64,000 nt of DNA from contig NC_043004.1 in the NCBI RefSeq assembly GCF_006345805.1, positions 83,452,001-83,516,000 of the forward strand, read 5' to 3'. The translations under genes were made by a program, and so were the position numbers. This DNA is from Octopus sinensis (taxonomy: Eukaryota). Positions 52,626-64,000 of the stretch are shown one piece after another. Within the stretch, counting starts at the first letter, position 1, and each line of letters begins with the position of its first letter. The notes under the pieces are model-generated. The model was not told where the DNA came from. It saw nothing but the letters and a program-made list of their open reading frames with translations, and made no database searches.

Positions 52626-54169
52626 TATATATCCAATCATTTCCCCCATCAGTTCAGGTATCTCATCTGCCAGGGTTGGCAATTTACACACTCATTTCTA
52701 TTTACAACATGGTTCACAATCTGCTGTAATTTAGTGTGGCTTAATTCATTTATGCTGCAAGCTCACACATTGCAACTCTACACGTTAGCGATGCGTGTCA
52801 ATAGTAGCTGATCATCACCGACTTTGATTTCTTTCTTCGCAGATAGAAACTACTTTAAAGTTCGTCACCCGTCTCAGCACATTCCTTCTATGTAACCCAT
52901 TATTTGTTTGTAATGAATTGGAACAAGATGAAGAGGTGGTGAAGCGGGAAAATTAATCTACCAAAATGCGCAATTTGTACTACCTACATCATATAACGAA
53001 TCAATTGTGCTGATATTGTAATACTTTGAATACAATTCTAGTAAATATGTACACAATCACTCATTGTGCACCCAAACGCACTCGCGAACGAGGGAGCGCA
53101 CTCACACACATAAACACGCGCGCGCTCGCACACACATATATACACTGTGGAATCATATATCTAAACTAGAGGTCTGCGTGTGAACGGTACATCTGCAAGA
53201 AACAAGCCAAATACAAATGAAATAAACAAAAGAAATATTGAACCAGCACCTTGGATATCGTGATCCTAGTTGCCCTGAACAACTGTATCATCTTTTATCT
53301 TAGCTTGGTTCTATGGCAGCTGATCTGAGGCTAAACGACAGCAAATATGGCATATGATAGAAGAAACAATATAATTTATTGAAATATAGGCGAAATGAAT
53401 TTGCCTTTCATCCGTTATGTAATAGCAATATAAGATTTATATTACCAAATAAACCTTGTCTAATATTGGAAAAATGCGCCTCTCATCGCAATCAATATAG
53501 ATAACACCCAGCACGTGCTTAGTCGATCTGCTATAGATAGTGGTCAAAATTCCATCAAATTACACTCTAGCTCGAAAGAAGGAAAGGTCAAATAAGATAT
53601 TTCAGTTCAAGCATCCTGAATTTGATGTCATATATGAACAAAGAAAATTGACCATATGCCTCATCGATCAGCAGTCACTACATCTACATAATAAAAATAT
53701 AGAAAATTTAATTAAAAATTATCGATTCCAGATCGATGACAAATGTACGAAGGTCGAAAAATTACATGAGACTTTCACGCGGAAAACTTCAGTCTTATCT
53801 CGTTATATAACCCGCCATGACAGTGGGGCAAAGATTACTATTAGCCGTATTCTCAGAAAGATTACTATGTATTTTGTATCATCTGTGTAGCGCGCAGCCA
53901 GCAAAAGTGATTGATGCAACCTATGTGTAATCACAATAGGATTTTCACATCTGTCCACTTGTCAGGTATCAGTTTGACATAAAATAGCATAGGGTAGCCA
54001 TATAAATTCTGTTTGCAATTCTTCACTATTCTGTTTCTCTCTCCCAATCATCTGCATGCAAACGTTACTTATACTTTATACTTGACATGAAGTTTGTCCC
54101 AAACACACATACACAGATACATATACAGACACACACAGACTTATATGCGTATATATATATATATATCCG

Positions 54170-56015
54170 AACATGGGATATCGTGGTACACCTTTCAATA
54201 CAGTTCCAAGAACATTCACCTTAAATCACAACATAGCACCCCCGAAACAATGAGGAACAATTGCATAAAAGCTATTGTCCCAACCGCCGTAATCATTCTT
54301 TAGACCCAATACGAAACACACAGATGCAACATAGAACCAAACAGGCAGGAGGAACCAAAATTGATAAAATTTATCAATCTAAGTCACAACGAACTAACAG
54401 CAAACCAAATCAATATACTCTCCAAAGGGCTCAAGTTTACAGTGACCCCACAACGCCCCAACTACAAGGAAATGAAAGGAGACATCGCGGAAATCTGTAG
54501 AAAATTACGATTCGCTGAGGTGCTATACGACAAATACAACGAGGACGAATTGTTGGTCCGAAATAAGGGTAACTCCACCCCCTCAAAACGTAAGAACAAA
54601 ACTCTTGATCATTTCTGTGAACACATCTCGAATTACCCATATGAGCATATGCATAAACAAAAACCACAAACCAACTTCAGCAAAAAAGAATGGCCTGAGC
54701 TAAACAAATTAAAAGATGACAAAACAGTAACAAACAAAGAGGCTGATAAAGGGAGTGCTGTTGTCTTAATGGACACTGTATACTATATAGCTCTAGTACT
54801 ATCCATATTAGAAAACACAACATATGAAAAGGCCCAACACTACTGTCAGCAGAAAATAATGAGGGACCTAAAATCCATGTTGAACCTATACAGAGGACTC
54901 ACCGACAAAGAATATGACTATATGACCAATTTCAAAAGTAAAACCAATCAATTCTACGGTATTCTCAAGATACACAAAAGTGAGAAAATAAGTAAGGTAT
55001 GCAGGATAATAATATCACAGTCATAATAATCAAAGTCCTACTCCTAATGACCTCAAACCGAGACCTATATATATATGCGAAACCCATCGCCTCAGTAACT
55101 TATTAGATGCCCTCTTCAAACCATTACTCAAGCGTGTCAAAAGTTACATAAGGGACGACCTGGATATGCTCAATCACCCTCCCGAAACAATAAACAAAAA
55201 CACCCTACTGGTATCTTTCGATGTAGTCAATCTCTATTCCAGTATCTCCACACAACCTAGGAATAGAGGCAATTCAATTCTGGTTAAAGAAATACGCCAA
55301 CGAACTCCCACATCGCATAAGAAAAGAATTCGAGATAGAAGAGCTAAAATCTATCTTCGATAATAACTACTTTGTTTTCGAAGACAACTTCTATCGACAA
55401 ATATCGGGAACGGCGATGGGTACGACAATAATCCTCTCCTTTGCTAACCTAGTCATGGGATATCTAGAAATTAGTCTTTATCGTAAGGTTCTAGGAAAAT
55501 ACGGGATCCCGTTCTCCTTCTGCATAACTGGAAGAGATACCTCGTTGACTGTCTCATTCTTTGGCATGAAAGTATAGAGAGACTTATAGAATTTCAAGCA
55601 CTTATAAATGGATTTGACGTAAACATTCGATTCCCGATGGAATATAGCCTGCAACAACTCCCCTTCCTTGACATCCTCATCAAGAAATCTATCAACGTAA
55701 TAGAAACAGATATATACTATAAGCCCACGGACTCCAAGCAATATCATGCCACCCAAACGAACCAGAATGAATATCCCCTTCAACCTAGCAAAAAGGATAT
55801 GTACCATAGTTTCTAATGCAAGTACCAGGGACAGACGACTACATGAACTAAAGGATACACTCATCATCAGGAACTACCCACCTTCACTAATTGACATATG
55901 CCTTCAACGTGCCTTACAACTCAACATCCGCGAAATCAGACATCCCAAATTAAAGAAGCATTTGCAACCAAAAGCCCTACCATACATCTCCACACACAAC
56001 TCTCTTAACAATTAA
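54170..56015 (+). pseudogene. Penelope-like element reverse transcriptase pseudogene, truncated before GIY-YIG
   Basis: NLSHNELT..LSKGLKF, KEADKGSAVVLMD, FYGILKIHK, LVSFDVVNLY (55205-40), GTAMG (55407-21), WKRYLVD (YLDD variant), LPFLDILI, TDIYYKPTD, IPFNLAKRICTI; several frameshifts. Confidence 0.9.
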
Positions 56016-56224
56016 CAATCCAATGAATTATTGGACTGTTAATTGTATCACTCTATTTAATATTTAGTTTGGAATTTGAATTATACCCATACTTATATGA
56101 TATTCATCTGACGTACCTGTGAATTGGGTGTTTTATACACTTCTTTGAAGGAATTATTTTCTTTAGTTTGTTACTCTTTCTTTTTCTTTCTTTTTCTCTT
56201 TCTCTCGCTATATATATTTTATAT

Positions 56225-56290
<66 letters not shown>

Positions 56291-56291
<1 letters not shown>

Positions 56292-56600
56292 TATTGAAGC
56301 CGAAAATATCTTCACAAACTGTTATGTAGTTTCTCGTTACCGTTCGTCGTACAGCCTGGCCGACGAAGCTAACGAGGGAAACACTCAGAAACAGCTTGTG
56401 AAGATTTGTTCGGCTTTAATAAAGAGCATATTACTCTGCCTTTGGTATTTGAGTACTATTTGTCCCACCTTGTTTTGCATTCATGTGTTTTCAGTTGTTA
56501 AGTGTCCCAGCCATGAGGAATCGACACTAGATATGTCGAAACAATTGTCGTGATTAATAATAAATTCTGGTATATTCCATCTGTCCTTTTATTTGCCATT
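56291..56600. mobile_element. pLTR remnants: ~60-bp inverted pair (56291-56349 / 56361-56422) and a half hammerhead (GAAA-caattg-TC, 56538-49)
   Basis: Imperfect palindrome; cores degenerate (ccgacga, catgagga); flanked by (TA)n. Confidence 0.55.
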
Positions 56601-56607
56601 CATACAT

Positions 56608-56644
<37 letters not shown>

Positions 56645-58684
56645 TATGTACGTTTGTACACACAGGTAGATAGGGGTCAGAGAGCGGATGAAAGAAATAC
56701 TTATAGTGAGAGACAGCTTGAAATAAGAAAGGAATTCGAGAGTGTTGATGGGTGACAGAGAATTAGTTGAAGACGTTATGAATGTAAGTTAAATAAAGTG
56801 AATTAGATTTGATTTGGGTTTGGAAAGAACTATAATGTTTCACGCTAACATTAACGCATGCAAATGCGAGAAAAATATGGCAGGAGTAGGCGAGAGTGCG
56901 TGAAATCATTTGGGTAGATGTAATCAAGGTAACAATAAGAACATTTTAAACAGTGAAAGAGAAATATATTTTTAAACAAAGAACAGAATTGAAGAACTGT
57001 GTAAATTATAGATAATGTATAAAAAAAACGAAATATATTATTTCAGAGACTGTGGGAATGGAAAAGTTTTAAAAATTCCCTTAGGAGTAGAAAGTTATAT
57101 TTGTATAAGTTAAATCTTATAGAAAGTTTTTTTTTTTTCTTTAAAGTCAGCAAAAATATAATTACAGTAAAAAAACAAAAGTAAGAATGAGACAAAACAA
57201 CATTAACAACAGGTTTTAAAATTTTGAAAATTTTCCACGGTAATGTAAAATATAAATCTCTAATACAATTCATCGGTAAAATATTTACATATGTCATTTA
57301 GTTATCAACCAAAAACAGATTAATACATTGGGTTTTCAGTTTTGTAGAATGAAAATTCTTATGCCTCTATAAGCTCTCGAATAGTAAATATTTTAAGAAC
57401 AGAAATTTAGTTGAGAATGTTACAAATTTGGTTTGCTTTATAAATATAGCTTTAAAAGTTCTTCGTTTTCATTTTTTTATTTTAATAAAAGAAATAACAA
57501 CGATGCAATAAATTCGACTCATTTCAGACCACTTATTTCCCTACAAACATTTTGATTTTCTCTATTCTTACAGTAAGGTATCTGAGGTAAAGAAGTTTTG
57601 TTTCATTGAACATATCAAACATGATCGATGGGGTAGCTTGAATAAATAACAATAACATACTGGTTCTGTTTTATAAAATATGTATATTCCCTGATAAACT
57701 AAAGTTTTTGTCTATGAAATGGGAAACAAAATTATGCAAACTCATTTTAAAAAGATTCTTTTGAAAACCTTAATCATTTTACAGAGAATTTTCTCCTGTT
57801 TTATCTAGAGGATATCCAGTACCAGGAGGTGTAAAAAGAGAATAATACCAGTGATGTTAACGTTTTAAAGACTTTTGAATTTCTTTAGCATAATGCAAAA
57901 TGCGTGCTTTGTAATCCAGTACACTTATGGTCCAAGAGAAAATTACTTAGAAACAATTCCAGTGTACCGACTTATGAAAATTCCTCTATGCATGAATATA
58001 CATTCTTAAAATATGTCACAATGACCCCAAAACTCACCCGATGGTTTAACTATAAGCATATATGAAAACAATTGCCTTTAAACATCGTGTCTGTTGTATG
58101 CAATTTCAGTCGATATTTTTATGGAAGTATTAACAACAGCATCGCATCAGATAACTACAAAACTACGCTACAATAACATAACATTTCTTGTTTACGTTGG
58201 TATACGCAATCTAAAGAAGTTAATAGAGACAGCATTAAAAAATATGTATATCTGCTTATGAAAATATAGAAAAAGATTATTTCCAAAGACAATAGTTGAT
58301 AAAATAAAGTACACAAAAGAAATAGGAAGATAGCTGGTCATTGGAAACATAATCATGGTTAAGCTTAATATGAATAATAATAATACTTATTAGAATTATG
58401 AATGGAAGCTTGTGTCAACCAAAATATCCTCCTGATTAATAAAGGAAGGAATACATCGGAAGGAATACATAAACACTGGAAAAAGAAAATAAGGAAAAAC
58501 TGTGTTATTTCGAAACTTAAAAGGGAAATAAAGATAAACTAAGGACGAATCTACAGAGTTAGAGTTTACATAAATTATTTTTCGACGACTGGAAGACGAT
58601 ATATGGAGATGAAGCTACTTATAAAAAAATACAAATATAAATAAATTGGTAAGAATTTTATGAGCATCAATAATCGCAGTCATG

Positions 58685-58796
58685 GCTGCATGAGAAACTT
58701 CGCTCTCTAACCATGTGGTTTCGGATTCAGTTCCACTGCGCGGCAGGATGCGTGAGTATCTATTACTATAGCACATTACATGTGCTATAGTAATAG
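58685..58796 (+). mobile_element. Diverged SINE B head ending in a 17-bp perfect fold-back
   Basis: ctattactatagcacat-tac-atgtgctatagtaatag (58760-58796). Confidence 0.7.
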
Positions 58797-58815
58797 TAAT
58801 GCCTCATGAGTTTGC

Positions 58816-58855
<40 letters not shown>

Positions 58856-59254
58856 ATGAGTATATATATGTATATATATATATAAGTTCAGCAAAATTTA
58901 GATTCAGATGAATATGGTACTTAAGTTAAAGGCACCACGATTTTTTATGGTATTATCCAAATAAATCAAATGGGGCGATTATTTTGATTATGTATGTATG
59001 TATTAATTAGAGATTCAAAATTTAATTTTGCTTTACTTAGGCACCTCTCTTGCACATCAGCAGGTAGGTTTTACGTTATATGTAGATACTGTACTACTAC
59101 CCGTTACAGCGACGAGGGTTCCAGTTGATCCGATCAACGGAACAACTGCTCGTGAAATTAACCTACAAATGGGTGAGCACGCCACAAACACATGTACACT
59201 TAACATAGTTTTCAAGGAGATACAGCGTGACACAGAATGAGACAAGGCTGAGCT

Positions 59255-60318
59255 TTGAAATACGAGTGGGGTGGAGCACGTAAAATATATTGTCTTGATC
59301 AAAGAGACAACGACGTAGGCGCATGGATCAAGCGGGGACCTAGAATGGGAGAATGGCAGGAGTGCAGGCAAGCCCTCACTTTGTTCTCCCGGCGAACGGT
59401 ACCGGCGGCGGGGCTACCACTGCGGATTTTTATAGAGGGCTGGTAGAGCATGAGTCCGACGACATCCTGGAGGAGTTTCTAGGCTTCGATGAGGAACTGC
59501 TAACCAGCCTGTTCGGATAGACATTCGGGCCGAGGTATGTTGATAACGTCCAGAAATCCCTGGCTTCGTAGTTCTACCGATCGGCCTTACCGATCCGACA
59601 GAGAGGCTGTAGAAACACGGGTTTGATACCTCCGTCATTTTCCCGAGGTACGGGCGCGTCAGTGAAAATGTCGCGCACGTCTTCGTACATTGTGAGGAGC
59701 TTAGGGACATGATGACCTATGTGGAAAAACTGATGTGGACGGAAAGAGTACGACTTTCAACTGAGTCCATAATTAAGTTTGTACAGACTTCCTCCCTTAA
59801 CAAGGAAAGGAAGGGGCCTTTTTTCTATTTAGTAGCCACACTGAAAGACACAGAATGGATGACGCGTGCAAGGGGATTCAAGACAGGCAATTTTTGTCTC
59901 TGGAAGCCGGTTGGTGAGTTATTTAACTGCCACCTGCTTTGTAAGATCCGTTGGGACAAAAAGTGCCTTTTCCAAGGAATGTTCACGAAAAAATGGACGA
60001 CTGTTGTAAGAATACCGAGAGTAAATTGAACCGTGCTAGTATAGCCGGTGAAGGTGAAAAGACGGAAAAAGGTAAGAAAATATGGAGGACAAAATCAAAA
60101 GGGGATTTCAAAGGATAAAGAGAAAATCCGGGTTAAATAAAAACCCGAAGATTATTTTTTATTATAATCATCCAATTTTATAAATTTCATTCGATTTCAC
60201 CTGCTCGATTTCATTGTACCGTATTAATCCTTTTGAATCATGTTTGTAACTCCGCCCCTTTATTGTAGCTGTCCTTGTTTGTCTCCTCTATGTATGCCCC
60301 TATAGTCATAAATAAATA
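59255..60318 (+). mobile_element. L1/Tx1-clade LINE 3' part: ORF2 C-terminus (to stop at 60029) and 3' UTR
   Basis: GC-richer coding remnant with degenerate CX2CX8HX4C (FPRYGRVSENVAHVFVHC, 59640-59693), TADFYRGLV and LPIR motifs; A-rich end aaataaata. Confidence 0.75.
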
Positions 60319-60429
60319 CAGTCGGCGAGCTACGCCTTTGAGATGCGGATGGTTATTTAGTGGTTGATATCGTTTTGTTACAGTTTTTCCCATTGGGACT
60401 GCCTCGTGTTTAAAAACTGTTAGGGTCTT

Positions 60430-61925
60430 TCGACACATTGTTCGTTGAACAAGCTTAGCGCACTAGTTCTCCCCCCCGTTAGGGGCGAGTTATTTGCATT
60501 CTGTGTGGGAATTGTGCACGGACAAAATGACTAGTGATTTGTTTAACATGTTGGAACCCCTGGATAACGTCGACTCGGAGTACAAAGCGACTCGGAAGAA
60601 AGTGTCAAAGATTATGCAGCAGCGGTCGGTAAAAAGCAAAGAAGATCCTACATCAGATCAGGGGCCGTGAAAAAATCCAACCATTTCTGCGAGGAGTGGG
60701 AGCAAACATGAGAGATTAACTTCCCCCCAAGGAAGCCACAGAAGAAACAAGAAAAAGAACGATAATTTATAGAACACTATCCCTTACAACAAAGAAACTA
60801 GAGATAGCATCTACGGAAGAAATTGAAAAGGCCCTGAAGCCTATTATGTTCAAGGTGGCATTCATGAAAAGGGGAAAGAAATTCGGTACCGTGGAGGTAC
60901 AATTCATGTCAGAATACGACGCTAGGCATGATTCCGCGATCACCCTGCAGACGAAGGAGCTGGCTCTTGAACCCTCATACCTTGGCACCCCCCCCCCCAC
61001 AAAATTTGCAATAGACGGTTATCCACCTGAAATTAGATCGACGTGTCTTCTGGGCACGATTGCTCCAATATCCTGGAGTTCGAGGAGTAAAAAGTGCAGA
61101 ACTGGTGTGGAGGGAGTCTTCGGGCGACAATTCAAGCGAAACCAGCGAAACTGGAGGAAATTCCAGAATTTCTAATTCTGCCGGATGAGACAAAACTGAG
61201 AGTCTCGGGCCAAGATAGAATCCCAAGATGTTTCGAGTGCAGACTGAAGAGGCAAATAAGGAAAACATGCTCCAGGCCATTCAACCTGAAGAACAAGGGA
61301 AAAACAGATGAACCACTGATACAAGAGAAACCTAACGAGGAAGCTCCAAGTGAAGAGAAAGAGAAGCAGAACACTGTGGAGAAGGAGAATTGCTCGCCAG
61401 AGGAAGCTGAATCGTCCACATCTACCGAGGTAAGTGATGAGGAATTGTCAGTTGCAGGGAGGAAGAGGAGAAAAGTTTAAAATGAATGCACAGAGAACAG
61501 ATACGAATGCAGAAAAAATGCATTACAAACGCAGACAGCAAGAAGGAAAAAAATACCCCCAAAAAGAACACTGAATATACAACACAAGTAATATACAACG
61601 ACAAAGAGACAAAATAAGCTCAGAAGAAGAGATAGGAACGCAGATAAAATCCTTAGAAACACAGACAGCAAGAAAAAAGTTAACCCACAAAAAACACTGA
61701 ATGTACAACACAAGCAGTACACTGCTAGAACATCGAAATAGAAAAAGAATAACTGTAACTGTTTAAACACTCTTTCTCAAAATGTTCCATGACGTTAGGA
61801 ATGTGGGGTTCGAGTTGACGTCGTTCCACCTTTTCATTTATCATTACTATTGTTTTCATTCGATTTAATCTTTCCCCACTTTTGTGTTTTGTCCGTCCTT
61901 GTTTCTCCCCTGTGTTAATCCATGT
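60430..61925 (+). mobile_element. Second Tx1-like copy: 5' region, ORF1 remnant, then 3' tail (ORF2 absent)
   Basis: RRM-like KRGKKFGTVEVQF and gag knuckle C-FE-C-RLKR-Q-IRKT-C (61229-61270, H to Q), K/E-rich tail. The 3' region shares tttcattcgattt (61854-66 vs 60185-97) and the tail motif with the first copy. Confidence 0.7.
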
Positions 61926-62595
61926 GTTTGGGTCCAGTCCCGCAAAGATGACGAAATACTTCGTTATAATGCAAGACATATCAAGGTATAAAAGTAAAAA
62001 TTTAAGATTTTAAACTTAATAATTTAACCTTTACGTTTTGGGCAGCCTTTAGTAGTATGCCGATAAAGTACATCTGCATCCTATGACTACCTGCCGTCAT
62101 CCACGGTAACTGCACAATCATCACTGCATCAACGTTAAGAATACCTTAGTGCACATTGAGATATAGTTGAAATAATCGATAAAGGAGATATATTACTGGA
62201 AACTTTATTTATCACTACGATCGTTTCGACATTCTGCATCGCTCCCACACGGGTGCGAAACTGTAAAGATGAATTATGGGGGATCGCATGATACTGAATC
62301 ATCGTTTCTTGTGAAGTATTGCGTGGTATCGTTTAGGTCTCGCTACTTGGCGGTTCGGAAAAATCTGATAGAATAAATACAGACTTTTTAAAAAGGTAAT
62401 GTGGTCATAGATATGCAACTGTGTTGCATCACCTGAAGCATCGTAGGGTGCACCGTAATCCATTATATAGGCTCCGACCCGAGAGGGAGGGATGTAAGAT
62501 AAGTCGAAACGATTGTGATGATAAATATGTTTCCAGTATACTATTCATCCGTATTCATTGTTTCCACTATATATATATAAAGATATATACATATC

Positions 62596-62890
62596 GTTTG
62601 TCCCTTCTCGAGACACGCCTGGCTCATTATGGCCGGTTTCCCGGTTTCCTTGCCGTATAGGTTCCCCACTGGACGGGACGCCGGTCCGTCGCAGGTGAGC
62701 TGCAAGATGCAGGAGGAAAGAGTGAAAGAAAGTTGTGGCGAAAGAGTCAGCAGAAGTTCGCCATTACCTTCCGCCGGAGCCGCGTGGAACTTAGGAGTTT
62801 CGCTCATTAACACACACATCGCCCGGTCTGAGATTCGAACCTACGATCCCTCGACCGCAAGTCCGCTTCTCTAACCACTAGGCCATGTGC
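62596..62890 (-). mobile_element. SINE family C, full length
   Basis: Reverse complement of the 29964-30269 family. Confidence 0.88.
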
Positions 62891-63758
<868 letters not shown>

Positions 63759-63778
63759 ATATATATATATATATTAAT

Positions 63779-63809
<31 letters not shown>

Positions 63810-64000
63810 AGTGTGTGTGTATGTGTGTGTGTTTGTGTATGTGTGTTCTCGCGTCTTATTAACAAATGTAGTTTTAAGATATTACGGGAATCCAGATTGC
63901 AGTGAAAATTACTGGTATAACCTTTTCGTATTATAACGAACACCGAGAAATTGCATAACATCAATGGAATTACTATAAGAATAAAAAAAGAACAAAAATA

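Noticed and set aside
53540-53890. 116-aa ORF upstream of the Penelope RT
   Set aside because: It has no recognisable motif and is separated from the RT by other sequence.
61240-61275. CTGAAGA..GAAA inside LINE ORF1
   Set aside because: No stem II or stem I pairing; it lies in the zinc-knuckle coding sequence.

Overview
AT-rich, repeat-saturated eukaryotic genomic DNA. The SINE families and dense (TA)n/(AAT)n/(CA)n microsatellites look like coleoid cephalopod (Octopus-type) DNA; this is an inference from remembered repeat sequences, not a database result. No intact host protein-coding gene can be supported, and most supplied ORFs are microsatellite or antisense artefacts. The recognisable coding remnants are all from transposons: four mariner pieces (one full length with TIRs), a DD41D Tc1/mariner, a Helitron PIF1 helicase with its 3' terminus, a Penelope-like RT, L1/Tx1-clade LINE ORF2 and ORF1 pieces, and an R4/Dong-like 3' end. 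Two systems stand out. (1) Penelope-type terminal repeats from several sequence families carry type-I hammerhead ribozyme motifs with short, mostly palindromic stem III. Seven have a complete catalytic core. Six loci share a divergent inverted-pair architecture, and many of their 3' ends abut (TA)n. (2) An abundant tRNA-derived SINE shares its 3' tail with the 3' end of the Tx1-like LINE in this window. Its tail joins the same site in the head region of its own family at six junctions, and one copy has a clear 16-bp target-site duplication, suggesting a self-targeting SINE/LINE pair.
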